Assembly (NCBI GenBank): GCA_964371255.1 | Contig: CAYJKV010000001.1 | Coordinates: 99,140-163,139, forward strand | Direction: 5' to 3' | Length of the DNA: 64,000 nt | Source of the DNA: an uncultured Candidatus Saccharibacteria bacterium | Lineage (GTDB): Bacteria; Patescibacteriota; Andersenbacteria; UBA10190 | Shown here: in pieces, positions 9,732 to 19,702 of the stretch | Layout of the letters: each line of letters starts with the position of its first letter | How positions within the stretch are numbered: position 1 is the stretch's first letter | The notes under the pieces: generated by a model | Database searches by the model: none | What the model saw: only the letters and a program-made list of their open reading frames with translations | Told to the model about the DNA's origin: nothing | Program-made: the position numbers and the translations under genes

Positions 9732-11465
9732 ATGGTGGATGATAATAATAAAAAGGTATTAAATGCACTAGTCGAGCAGGGAATCATCAAAGACGAGAAG
9801 CAAGTCAGTGATATTGAGCAACAATTAGCAGGGGGCGCTACGCTGGAACAGATCTTAGTAGAAACCGACGTAGTAGAAGCGGAAGCGCTGGCGCAAGTAA
9901 AGGCGCAAATACTAGGATTGCCGTATATCGATTTGAGAGAAAAACAGATTCCGAAGGCGGTTTTAGATATTATCCCCGAATCGACGGCGCGAGGACACAT
10001 GATTATTGCTTACGATCAAACGCCGGAACTGCTGCGGGTGGCGATGGCCGATCCGAGCGATCGCCAAATAGTAGAATTTGTCCGGAAAAAAGTGGACCAA
10101 CCGGTCGAAGTGGCGGTAGCGTCAGCGGGCGCAGTGCGGGACACATTGTCCAATTACCAAGAAAGCTTGGAAGCTGAATTGGATGACGTGGTGAGCAAGG
10201 AGTTGAAGCTGGTCAACGAGATAGCAGATGATTTGGGTAAAGCAGCCGAAGACTTACCAATTGTCCGAATTACCCAGGCCATTTTAAAACATGCCATTAT
10301 GGAAGGCGCTTCTGATATTCACATTGAGCCGACGGAAAAAGACGTGGTCATCCGCTATCGAGTAGATGGTATTTTGCATGATATGTTAGTGTTGCCCAAA
10401 GCTGTCTTGGCAGGTTTGATAGCGCGGATAAAAGTATTGAGCAATTTGAAAATAGACGAACATCGTTTACCACAGGACGGACGTTTTATGATTGAATCTG
10501 ACGAATACAAAGTTGCTTTTCGTGTTTCTACCTTACCCGTGTTTGACGGGGAAAAAGTCGTGATGCGCTTGCTCGACGAATCAGGTAAAAAGTTAGGATT
10601 GGATGACATCGGTATCCGGAAAGAAGCGCTGGAGTTAATGAGGCGGATAATCCAGCGCCCACATGGAATGGTGCTGGTCACTGGCCCGACAGGTTCCGGA
10701 AAAACAACGACGCTATATGCGGCGATGAAAGAAGTGAATACGGCTGATGTTAACATCAGTACGATTGAAGATCCAATCGAATATCGGATGCCCCGAATTA
10801 ACCAAACGCAAGTTAAACCGCAAATCGGTCTGACCTTTGCTAACGGCTTAAGAGCGCTAGTCAGGCAAGATCCTGATGTGATTATGGTGGGAGAAATTCG
10901 CGATGAGGAGACGGCCTCGCTGGCAATCAATGCTGCTTTGACAGGACATTTGGTATTAACGACTTTACACACTAACAGTGCAGCCGGAGCCATACCGCGG
11001 ATGCGAGATATGAAAGTGGAAGCCTTCTTGATTGCCTCTACTGTGAACTTGATTATGGCCCAGCGATTAGTGAGGAGGCTGTGTCCGAAATGCCGGAAAG
11101 AACGTAAGTTAGACACGGCTGTGATTGCTGACATAAAAAAAGAATTCAATTCCGAAGAAATATTTAAGACCTTGGTAAAGGAGAAAGTGGTAAAAGCTGG
11201 AGAAGATTGGAAGGACGTGGTGATTTATGAAGCAGTGGGATGCAAGATGTGTCACGATGGTTACAAAGGCCGGATCGGCATATATGAAACCATGGAGATA
11301 ACACCTGAGCTGCAGAAGATGATAGTGCCGACTGTGACAGCTGAGCAATTGGAACAAGCAGCGAGAGAACAAAATGGGATGGTCAGTATGCTGGAAGACG
11401 GTATTATCAAAACTGTCGAAGGAATGACGACATTGGAAGAGGTATTGAGGGTGGCAAGAGAATAA
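9732..11465 (+). CDS. pilB: Type IV pilus / T2SS assembly ATPase (PilB/GspE)
   Basis: ASDIHIEP, RLPQDGR, GPTGSGKTTT, RQDPDVIMVGEIRD, LHTN, tetra-Cys motif, GYKGRIG. Confidence 0.95.
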   Translation: MVDDNNKKVLNALVEQGIIKDEKQVSDIEQQLAGGATLEQILVETDVVEAEALAQVKAQILGLPYIDLREKQIPKAVLDIIPESTARGHMIIAYDQTPELLRVAMADPSDRQIVEFVRKKVDQPVEVAVASAGAVRDTLSNYQESLEAELDDVVSKELKLVNEIADDLGKAAEDLPIVRITQAILKHAIMEGASDIHIEPTEKDVVIRYRVDGILHDMLVLPKAVLAGLIARIKVLSNLKIDEHRLPQDGRFMIESDEYKVAFRVSTLPVFDGEKVVMRLLDESGKKLGLDDIGIRKEALELMRRIIQRPHGMVLVTGPTGSGKTTTLYAAMKEVNTADVNISTIEDPIEYRMPRINQTQVKPQIGLTFANGLRALVRQDPDVIMVGEIRDEETASLAINAALTGHLVLTTLHTNSAAGAIPRMRDMKVEAFLIASTVNLIMAQRLVRRLCPKCRKERKLDTAVIADIKKEFNSEEIFKTLVKEKVVKAGEDWKDVVIYEAVGCKMCHDGYKGRIGIYETMEITPELQKMIVPTVTAEQLEQAAREQNGMVSMLEDGIIKTVEGMTTLEEVLRVARE

Positions 11466-11601
11466 ATAATCAGGATGTAACGTGGAGTTCAACGGAGGCG
11501 TGTCAGGCAGCAGGCTAATCAAGAATGGTGCATTGTGTTAAGCTGGTGTTGTTGGTCGGCGGCTTTCTGTGTGTTAACTCAGGTTTTTATAAATAGGTTT
11601 T

Positions 11602-12819
11602 ATGCCAATATACTCCTTCGAAGGGCGACGTGAAAAAACTGGCGAGGTAGTGCGAGGATTGCGGGAAGCACAGTCACATGCTTTATTAGGTCAAGATTTG
11701 TTGACGGAAGGAATCTTGCTGACGCGCTACACACAGAAGCTACAAAGATTGCCGGGAGCGACAATATATTCAATGATATTTAATCGGGTGCCGGTGATTG
11801 AGCGAGTTTTGTTTTCGCGTTATTTTTCGCTGATGTTACGGGCGGGGATGGATGTTAAACGATCGCTGCAGGCATTGCAACAACAGACACGTAGTAAACC
11901 CCTGAAGATGGCGCTGGAGAGCGTTTACCATGATATTGAACGAGGTCGGACTTTGGCGGAGAGTATGCAGGCGTTTCCGGCGGCTTTTCCTCCTTTGTTT
12001 ATCAGTTTTATCGAGGTGGGGGAAACAACCGGAAGGCTGCAGGAATCGTTGGAAGTATTAGCGAGTCAATTGCAAAAAGAATATGAGTTGAAGAGGGCGG
12101 TTAAGGGAGGGTTAATGTATCCGGCCGTAATTATTCTGGCTTTGATTGCTGTTGGTATTGCCATGATGTTTTTCGTCGTGCCAAAACTGGTGGAGGTGTT
12201 TGAAGGTTTTAATGTGGAGTTGCCCTTAGCAACGCGGGTGCTGATATGGTTTAGTGACTTTTTTCAAAATTACTGGATCGGGATATTCATTGTCGCTTTT
12301 ATGCTGATGGGATGCGCCTGGGGTTTAATGCGAGTGAAATCAGTCCACGCGGCGGTTAATGAGGGATTATTATATCTGCCCATTTTCGGCGGAATTATTC
12401 AAAAGGTAAATCTGGGAAGATTTTCACGTAACCTTAGTTCTCTTTTACAAAGCGGAGTGTCTTTTATTCGGGCATTGGAGATATTAGGCCAGAATACGCC
12501 TCATCCAAGTTATGCTCATGTTTTTTCCGCGGCACGCGAGCACGTGAGGCAAGGTAAGGAACTGAGTAGTTTTTTAGCTGATTTTCAGCGCCTGTTTCCA
12601 CCGATAGTCATCAATGTGATCAAGGTGGGTGAGGAAACAGGTGCTTTAGACCAGGTGCTGGCGGAGACAGCTTTGTTTTATGAGAGTGAAGTAGACCAAA
12701 CCATGAAGAACTTAACATCTATTATGGAACCAATATTAATGGTGGGTGTGGGGTTAGCGGTCGGTGCTTTGGCAGTATCGGTAATTTCACCTATTTATGA
12801 CCTGGTCAACGTTGTCTGA
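11602..12819 (+). CDS. pilC: Type IV pilus platform protein (PilC/GspF)
   Basis: Two GspF repeats (VGETTGRL, VGEETGAL), MYPAVI, MEPILMV; directly follows pilB. Confidence 0.93.
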   Translation: MPIYSFEGRREKTGEVVRGLREAQSHALLGQDLLTEGILLTRYTQKLQRLPGATIYSMIFNRVPVIERVLFSRYFSLMLRAGMDVKRSLQALQQQTRSKPLKMALESVYHDIERGRTLAESMQAFPAAFPPLFISFIEVGETTGRLQESLEVLASQLQKEYELKRAVKGGLMYPAVIILALIAVGIAMMFFVVPKLVEVFEGFNVELPLATRVLIWFSDFFQNYWIGIFIVAFMLMGCAWGLMRVKSVHAAVNEGLLYLPIFGGIIQKVNLGRFSRNLSSLLQSGVSFIRALEILGQNTPHPSYAHVFSAAREHVRQGKELSSFLADFQRLFPPIVINVIKVGEETGALDQVLAETALFYESEVDQTMKNLTSIMEPILMVGVGLAVGALAVSVISPIYDLVNVV

Positions 12820-14410
12820 TAGGTATAAAGATCTAAGAAACTCTCTTAGGGCGACCAGACAACAATTAGTTGTTAACGAAGCAGAGGTTAGTGCCTGGTA
12901 TACAGGAAGGGAGTCAAGAGCGTTGGGGTCAGCTGGTTTTACAATAATCGAAGTATTGATTGCTGTTTTTGTAGTAAGTACTGCGATCGTTGGGGTGTTT
13001 GGTTTGTTTGCGTTGGGACTACGCCTGGCAGGGGAAAGCGAGAATAGACTGATGGCGATTGCCCTGGCGAACGAAAAAATGGAATTGATCCGAAACTTGC
13101 CATATGTCGATGTTGGAACGCAGGGCGGGATACCGGACGGTGCGATATTGCAGGAAGAGTCGGTGGTGAGAAATAGCGTCAGTTTTCTGGTAGAAACTGA
13201 TATTAGATACGTGGATGACCCTTATGATGGTTTGGTGGGCGAAGGAGGGGCGGGGGGATGTGTGGCCATTGCCCATCGACCCCCGGGCAATCCGAACAAT
13301 TGCAGTGACATGTGCGTGCCGGCCTCGGCGGTAAACGCGCATTTATTGCATGGGGATGCGATGGGCAACTGCGACGGTACGTATAATGGACCGGATGTAC
13401 TGAATACCGACTATAAGCAAGTCAGAGTTGAGGTCTCCTGGCCAAGCCCCAATGAGCCACGACCGATTCTATTAATTACAAAAGTAGCACCGAGTGGGGT
13501 GGAGGGCGGAGAACTTTTTGGCACGTTGGACTTTCTAGCTTTGGACAGCCAAGGTTTGGCAGTGCCATCGGCTGATGTCACTTTAGTTAACAATGAGGTT
13601 GAGCCGGTCGTGAACTATGCTACCCAGACTAATAACGAGGGACGGGTAGTGGTGCCTGGGCTACCAGAGAGCGCGCAAAATTACCAATTGACGGTTAGTA
13701 AGCCAAATTATACTACTGAGCAGACTTATGATATTGGGCCGGATTTTGTACCGGATACTGATCATACGCATTTATCCATGTTGATTGGCGAGGTGACACA
13801 AAAAGCCTTTGTGATTGATTTAGCCAGCCGGCTGGAGATTACTTTTGAAGAAGGTGGCGATAGTACGGAGAATTACTGTGAAGGCGTGCCGCCGTTGGAG
13901 TTAGGTAATGTTGAGCATATACTGCGAGGAACTAAGACTATTGGCATTGATGAGGCGGGGGACCCGGTTTATGTGTATGACTATGCCGGTGTGTCGGATG
14001 TTAACGGACAAAGCGTGCATGAGAACCTCGTATGGGATTCATACGAGTTTAATTTAGCGTCGGGATCAGCTTGTGATATTAAAGAGACGAGCTTATTGCG
14101 GCCAGTGACCATAAATCCCGGAGAGGACTTAGCCATGACGGTCAAATTGGTAAAACATACGCCTGTTTCTTTACAAGTAACAGTTGTTGGTACGGCCGGA
14201 CTGCCAGTGGATAACGCCACGGTGCATTTATTGGGCGACGGAGTGGACGAAACCTTAGGCACGGGACCATGGGGCCAAGTTTTAATGGCTGATTTGCCGG
14301 CCAATGGCCAGTTTGATTTAACGGTTTCAGCACCCGGTTATGTGGAATGGCAGGATAGTGTCGACGTGGAAGACACCACGATGGTCAGGGTAGTGATGAG
14401 CAGTCCTTAA
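12797..14410 (+). CDS. Prepilin-type (PilV-like) minor pilin with carboxypeptidase-regulatory-like beta domains
   Basis: Prepilin cleavage motif AG|FTIIEVLIA, LANEKMELIRNLPY, DYKQVRVEVSW, and LTVSKPNY / LTVSAPGY beta-sandwich motifs. Start codon uncertain. Confidence 0.8.
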   Translation: MTWSTLSDRYKDLRNSLRATRQQLVVNEAEVSAWYTGRESRALGSAGFTIIEVLIAVFVVSTAIVGVFGLFALGLRLAGESENRLMAIALANEKMELIRNLPYVDVGTQGGIPDGAILQEESVVRNSVSFLVETDIRYVDDPYDGLVGEGGAGGCVAIAHRPPGNPNNCSDMCVPASAVNAHLLHGDAMGNCDGTYNGPDVLNTDYKQVRVEVSWPSPNEPRPILLITKVAPSGVEGGELFGTLDFLALDSQGLAVPSADVTLVNNEVEPVVNYATQTNNEGRVVVPGLPESAQNYQLTVSKPNYTTEQTYDIGPDFVPDTDHTHLSMLIGEVTQKAFVIDLASRLEITFEEGGDSTENYCEGVPPLELGNVEHILRGTKTIGIDEAGDPVYVYDYAGVSDVNGQSVHENLVWDSYEFNLASGSACDIKETSLLRPVTINPGEDLAMTVKLVKHTPVSLQVTVVGTAGLPVDNATVHLLGDGVDETLGTGPWGQVLMADLPANGQFDLTVSAPGYVEWQDSVDVEDTTMVRVVMSSP

Positions 14411-14437
14411 ATTGCTGCGATAGGGCGATAAATTGCT

Positions 14438-15085
14438 ATGGAACAAACTAGCAGGCAAAAAAAAAGAAACAAGACGTTGGGCATGACGTTGCTGGAAATT
14501 TTAGTGGTAGTGTCGATCAGTGTCATTGTCTTAATGGCATTGCTGCGTTTTTTAGTAGCCGGCTATCCGTTATCAAAAACTACCGTGTTACAGCAGCGTT
14601 CAACGGAAACAGCCCGGATTCACTTAAAAAGACTGGTGAAGAGTTTGCGCGAAGCACGGCATTCTGATACCGGTGCTTATCCACTGGTCGCAACAGAACC
14701 ACAGAAAATTATTTATTATGCCAATGTTGATGCTGACCCAGCGACGGAACGTGTTCGTCTGGAGTTATCCGGCCATGATCTTATCCGAGGCGTGACTAAG
14801 CCAACGGGTACGCCATTGACATATAATCTGGAGAATGAAGTAGCGGTTGTAATTATCGGCACGGTGGTGAATGAAGCGGAGAAAATTTTCAGCTATTACA
14901 CCGGTGATTACCCGGTTAACACTGAAGAACTGACACCGACCGACCTGACCGAAGTCAAGTATATTGCCATTAATTTGTTAATAGATTCTGACCAGGCGAT
15001 TGATCCTCCGCCTATTCGGGTGAGATCACAAGTCCAATTGCGTAACTTGAAGACCAATTTAGGTCAGGTAGTGGAAGTGCCGTAG
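14438..15085 (+). CDS. Prepilin-type (PilW/GspJ-like) minor pilin
   Basis: LG|MTLLEILVVV motif; C-terminal SQVQLRNLK typical of this class. Confidence 0.8.
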   Translation: MEQTSRQKKRNKTLGMTLLEILVVVSISVIVLMALLRFLVAGYPLSKTTVLQQRSTETARIHLKRLVKSLREARHSDTGAYPLVATEPQKIIYYANVDADPATERVRLELSGHDLIRGVTKPTGTPLTYNLENEVAVVIIGTVVNEAEKIFSYYTGDYPVNTEELTPTDLTEVKYIAINLLIDSDQAIDPPPIRVRSQVQLRNLKTNLGQVVEVP

Positions 15086-15163
15086 TTTTAAATATCAGCT
15101 GGTACGGTTAGTCAGGTGGTCGGATAAGTGTTTTTTATTGTGTGGTAATAATCTACAATAATA

Positions 15164-17491
15164 GTGATGAGGATAAATAACAGACAAGCCGGGCAGTCGC
15201 TAGTCGAGGTGTTGATAGCGGCATTTATTCTAGGGATTCTGGCTATCGCTTTAGCGGGCGTGTCGACCTTGGGAACAAAAACAGCGGTTGTGAGTGAGGA
15301 ACGAACGGTGGCACAAGCCATAGCTAATAAAAGGGAGGAGTTGATTAAACTAACACCTTATGTGGACGTAGGATACACGGGAGGCAGTGTACCGGATGGT
15401 ATATTTCCGGCGAGTGAAGTGATTGATACTAACAACCAGGTGTATGAAATGAGGATGGATATAACACTAGTGGATGATCCAGAGAACGGTTGTGTGGATG
15501 CCGGTGGCACTTGTGACGGCAGCACATTAGATGAGGAGACGGCTGATTATAAGAGAGTGGTGATAAGTGTCGTGTACCCGTCAGCCAACGATGCGGCGGA
15601 GGAGGTTAAAGTTGTGACATACAGTGTGCCAGGCCAAGCGGAAGCGTTGTTGAATATGGTGGAGTGTGATCCAACTGATATTACCGGGTCATGTGGAGCG
15701 GGACAGATATGTTGCAACGAGAGGTGTCTAGCCAGGTGTGATCCGGGATCTTGCCCGGAAGGATATAGCTGTGCCGAGAATGGCTGCGGGTGCGTTGAGG
15801 CTGATTGCCCTTGGTGCGATCTGGCGACTTGTTTTGATGACTTTGAATGTGTCGCATCGAACCAGCAATGCTTGGCAGGTAATTGCGTAGCGGAGTGTGC
15901 CAGCGACGGTGATTGCGGGGGGGCGACGTGTTTATATGGATGGTGTTTGGAGTCATGTATAAATAACAGTGAATGCAACGGTGATCAGATTTGCCAAGAC
16001 GGGTCGTGTCAGATGCCTGGTTGCGTCACTAACTATGACTGTAGAGTTGGTTACAGCTGTACGGATTTTCAGTGTCACCCGACAACTTGCGTGGATGATG
16101 CCTATTGTCCCGCTAATTTTGAGTGTGTAGAGAACACCTGCATGCCCGCTGTTTGTGCGGATGGAACTTGTCCTGGTAGTTGGGAGTGTGTTTACGGCAA
16201 ATGCCAACCACCAAATTGTTCAGCGGTGCAATCTTGTAATAGCCTAAATTGTCTAGGAGGCGAATGCCAACCACCGGTATGTGAAAATCACGGTCAATGC
16301 GGCGGGCTGGCAGTTTGTTTAGGGGGGACTTGTACTAGCCCACCGGCTTGCGGGGCAGGTTGCCCAGCTTCATTATCTTGTGTGGGCGGCCTGTGTTACA
16401 AAGCGAATATGACAGTGGCGCCACTGCTTTTAACGGAAGAATGCCCAGCACCAATGGCTTTCCCGTGCCTACCGGCCATAGGTGAGGTGACGGTCACGTG
16501 GTTGCCTGTCGAAGGTGAAATATATTGTGAACCGTCAGTAACCACTGGTGCCTGCACAACTGATCCGAACCCAACGGTTGAATGGAGTGATACTGACGGG
16601 GATGGCAAAACCAATTGCGGAGCGTCGGGATTGCTGAATGCTTGTGAGCCTATTAATCCCATCGAATGCGGGTCTAGTTGTCCTGGTTGTCCAAGCTGCG
16701 CGATAGACAATTTATGTATTGAAGGTCGTTGCATGCCAAAACAACCTTGCCCGGTTGGATACGCCAATCATCCCACTGTGGCAGGAGCTTGTGCAGAAGA
16801 AGTGTCTGTCTCACCACCCGTGACCTGTCCGCCAGGAATATGCGCTGGTTCATATTGTAGCGCGAGCGGGGAGTGTGTGACGGCTGGCTGCGTGACAGAC
16901 GAACAGTGCGGGGCACATGGCAAGTATTTATGTCGTAATAATATATGTATACCATCACTGGCCAGGGATTGTGAGTATTGTACGCCACCGGAAAGAATCT
17001 CTTATTGCCATACACTAGACTGTCCGACTTGCGGTGGTGGCCCAGGATCGGCTTGCACAGATCCGTTAGGCGCTGCGAGTACTGTAGTGTGGTCACAGGA
17101 CCGAACAACAGGTTGTAGTCATTTGATTTGTGCTTACGCCCCAAGTCTTTGCGGCGACGGAATAACGCAGCCAGGGGAGGAATGTGATGGGGGGGATGAT
17201 GTAAATTGTCCCGGGCTATGCAGCGCTTGCCAGTGTCCGGCAGCGGTGTGCGGTAACGGACAGTTGGAGATAGGTGAGACGTGTGACCCTCCTGAGGGTA
17301 CTTCATGTTCACCGGCGGAATGTGGGACGGGCGGTGCGCCACCGTGCTTATGTCAAACTCAAGCACCGCCGCCGTTATGCGGGAACGGATTAATAGATAC
17401 GCTGTCCGGGGAGGGGTGTGATTGGTCAGTGTCGCCAGACTCATGTGTGGGAGGATATTGCAGCGATGTTTGTGTATGTGAGTACCCGTGA
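15164..17491 (+). CDS. Prepilin-type (PilV-like) protein with a ~600-aa cysteine-rich extension
   Basis: AG|QSLVEVLIA motif, DYKRVVISVVY, then roughly 95-100 Cys by hand count, including three CG(D/N)G....GE.CD repeats. Confidence 0.8.
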   Translation: MMRINNRQAGQSLVEVLIAAFILGILAIALAGVSTLGTKTAVVSEERTVAQAIANKREELIKLTPYVDVGYTGGSVPDGIFPASEVIDTNNQVYEMRMDITLVDDPENGCVDAGGTCDGSTLDEETADYKRVVISVVYPSANDAAEEVKVVTYSVPGQAEALLNMVECDPTDITGSCGAGQICCNERCLARCDPGSCPEGYSCAENGCGCVEADCPWCDLATCFDDFECVASNQQCLAGNCVAECASDGDCGGATCLYGWCLESCINNSECNGDQICQDGSCQMPGCVTNYDCRVGYSCTDFQCHPTTCVDDAYCPANFECVENTCMPAVCADGTCPGSWECVYGKCQPPNCSAVQSCNSLNCLGGECQPPVCENHGQCGGLAVCLGGTCTSPPACGAGCPASLSCVGGLCYKANMTVAPLLLTEECPAPMAFPCLPAIGEVTVTWLPVEGEIYCEPSVTTGACTTDPNPTVEWSDTDGDGKTNCGASGLLNACEPINPIECGSSCPGCPSCAIDNLCIEGRCMPKQPCPVGYANHPTVAGACAEEVSVSPPVTCPPGICAGSYCSASGECVTAGCVTDEQCGAHGKYLCRNNICIPSLARDCEYCTPPERISYCHTLDCPTCGGGPGSACTDPLGAASTVVWSQDRTTGCSHLICAYAPSLCGDGITQPGEECDGGDDVNCPGLCSACQCPAAVCGNGQLEIGETCDPPEGTSCSPAECGTGGAPPCLCQTQAPPPLCGNGLIDTLSGEGCDWSVSPDSCVGGYCSDVCVCEYP

Positions 17492-17512
17492 ATAACGTTT
17501 AGAAAAAAAGAA

Positions 17513-17971
17513 ATGAATGATATTGGATATAATCAGGTGGGCGGTGTGATGCTATTAGTTTTAATGTTAATGATAGTTTTTATTGTGATCGCGAGCGCTA
17601 CTTTGCGTTACGTTATTCGACAATCGCACGAGACTATTGATCAAGAGCAGGAAGAGCAAGCATTTAACGCGGCGGATAGCGGTGTGGCTTACGTTTATTG
17701 GTTGTTAGATCCGGCTGGAGGGCAAAAAGTTCCGGCCGATATCGCAGAAACGACCCGGGCTGTATATGACGACTCGGATGCAGAAATTGGTACTTTTACA
17801 ATTAATGACATAATCACTAACACTGACGAAATCGAGTTTACTTCTACCGGGCGAGACACAGAACTGACCGAGCGCTGCCAAGTAATAAAGGTACGTCTAC
17901 GCCAACCGGTAGATAATGAGAGGTATATCTTAACAGATTGGGATCATTTAGTGGGTTACCCTTGTTCATAA
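17513..17971 (+). CDS. Short PilX-like minor pilin
   Basis: GG|VMLLVLML hydrophobic N-terminus, QAFNAADSGV PilX N-terminal motif, FTSTG. Confidence 0.75.
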   Translation: MNDIGYNQVGGVMLLVLMLMIVFIVIASATLRYVIRQSHETIDQEQEEQAFNAADSGVAYVYWLLDPAGGQKVPADIAETTRAVYDDSDAEIGTFTINDIITNTDEIEFTSTGRDTELTERCQVIKVRLRQPVDNERYILTDWDHLVGYPCS

Positions 17972-17996
17972 TTAAGTTGATCGACTGATTGAGGTT

Positions 17997-19640
17997 ATGA
18001 GAAAAATGAACGGATGGAAAGTCTGGCAGGTATTAAAGTGGCGAGCGCAAGGCCGGGAAGAAGGGTTATCATTAGTGGAGTTATTAGTATTTATTGGCGT
18101 AGGATCTGTCCTGATAGTAACGCTAGGGTTAATCGTGTCGGGAACTTCACGCATCTCACGTCAGCAGATAGAGCAAGGCGCGATTACGGAAAAGGCTAGG
18201 GTGCAATTGGAAAGGATGAGTGATGAAATCCGGAATGCCCAGTATATAGACTGCAACTTGGACGCAGACACGGCGGACGCGGATGAACATTGGCTGTATG
18301 GCGCTAATGATTTTGAAATTATTGTCTTAAGCAATGTGGATGATGATGTGGAAGCCGAACGGGTGAGATATTTTGTACAAGTCGGCACAACAGGTGAGAC
18401 CAAGAAGTTAAAGCGCGGGGTGACGCAGCCCGGTGCATCATTGTGTGATTTTTCAACCAATCCAGAAAACGTTACTACGGTACTGACTGGTTTGGAAAAT
18501 GCGACACCTGATCCGGCAGTCCCTGTTTTCCAGTATTTTACCAGTGGTAATGAGGCGGCGCGTTTGACCACGCCGGTGATTCGTTTGTCTAGTGTGTTGC
18601 GGGTGAGACTGGAGCTGAAGATTGATGAGGACATTAACATTGAGCCGACGATAGTTGATATCGTGACTGATGTGGTACCCCGCGGAGTGGAGGATCCAGG
18701 AATATGTGTAGCGGCGGGGCTGAATTTGCAGCGCTATTCTGATGGGGATCCTTTCGCAGACCAGGCGTATAATTCGTGTCAATCATATTGTTTGGGCAGC
18801 GCCAGTTTGCCGGCCGGGCAATGTTGTCCTTGGTCAGTAGCGTTTTATTGGGATTCGAGCAGCCATATGGTCTGGTCAACATGTGAATGCGCGGATACGT
18901 ATTTGCCTCCGGATATGATTCCTGACAGTGTTAGTCCCGGCAGTTACACTAATTTTGTGCGCTCGTGTTTAAACGGAACGCAGTGCGCAGGACAGAGAGG
19001 TGAAGCCGTATGCGAGCCGAATTGTTTAGACGCGCCTGGACAGTGTGTATGTGTTTGTCCGGGTGGTTTGCCGTCTACGACAGCATGTGATGATGGGGTG
19101 GATAATGATGGTGATGGGACGGCGGACTGTGCGACGTGTGATGGGGTGCTAGGACTGTTTTATGATCCGGGTTGTTCTGGCAGCGCCGACAGTTCAGAGT
19201 GGGGCACGGCTGAGTGCGATGATGGCCAAGCAAATGATTGTGACGGACTCCAAGACTATAGGGTAAATGGAACAGGGGATCCGGACTGTACTGGTCCCAC
19301 AGATAATGATGAAGGTGATTGCTTGGGATGTACCCCGGCACAAGTAATAGGAGTATCACAGTGCAGTGATAGTATAGACAATGATTGTGCGGGAGATGGG
19401 GTGGGTTACGCAGTTATTCCGTCTGATCCACAGTGTCAAAATGCGGCAGATAATAACGAATGGTCGGTGTTAAAACAATGCCACGACGGCTTTGATAACG
19501 ATGGGGATGGAGGCATTGACAGTAATGGTTTCCCGCCGGATTCGGACTGTCCTGGTCCCAGCGAGGATAACGAATGGGGAGAGCCAAGTATTGCCCCAAC
19601 GCCGACGGCAGTAATTACAGAATCACCACCCGTCTTCTAG
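17997..19640 (+). CDS. Prepilin-type (PilW-like) protein with Cys/Asp-rich repeats
   Basis: EG|LSLVELLV, ERMSDEIRNA, four repeats like CDDGVDNDGDG..D....DPGC, and a Pro/Thr-rich tail. Confidence 0.8.
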   Translation: MRKMNGWKVWQVLKWRAQGREEGLSLVELLVFIGVGSVLIVTLGLIVSGTSRISRQQIEQGAITEKARVQLERMSDEIRNAQYIDCNLDADTADADEHWLYGANDFEIIVLSNVDDDVEAERVRYFVQVGTTGETKKLKRGVTQPGASLCDFSTNPENVTTVLTGLENATPDPAVPVFQYFTSGNEAARLTTPVIRLSSVLRVRLELKIDEDINIEPTIVDIVTDVVPRGVEDPGICVAAGLNLQRYSDGDPFADQAYNSCQSYCLGSASLPAGQCCPWSVAFYWDSSSHMVWSTCECADTYLPPDMIPDSVSPGSYTNFVRSCLNGTQCAGQRGEAVCEPNCLDAPGQCVCVCPGGLPSTTACDDGVDNDGDGTADCATCDGVLGLFYDPGCSGSADSSEWGTAECDDGQANDCDGLQDYRVNGTGDPDCTGPTDNDEGDCLGCTPAQVIGVSQCSDSIDNDCAGDGVGYAVIPSDPQCQNAADNNEWSVLKQCHDGFDNDGDGGIDSNGFPPDSDCPGPSEDNEWGEPSIAPTPTAVITESPPVF

Positions 19641-19702
19641 CAAGGGATCAGATGGGCTTGAAAGTATTTGCCCAAAGCAAATAAAAAAGCTAAACAATAG
19701 GA

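Noticed and set aside
10355-11149. 264-aa antisense ORF inside pilB, and similar long antisense ORFs (16674-17444, 5550-6059, 33183-33635)
   Set aside because: Shadow frames of well-supported genes on the opposite strand.
15164-19640. Diversity-generating retroelement or DNA-level tandem repeats behind the Cys-rich pilins
   Set aside because: No reverse transcriptase and no near-identical template/variable repeat pair seen; the repeats are apparent only at protein level.
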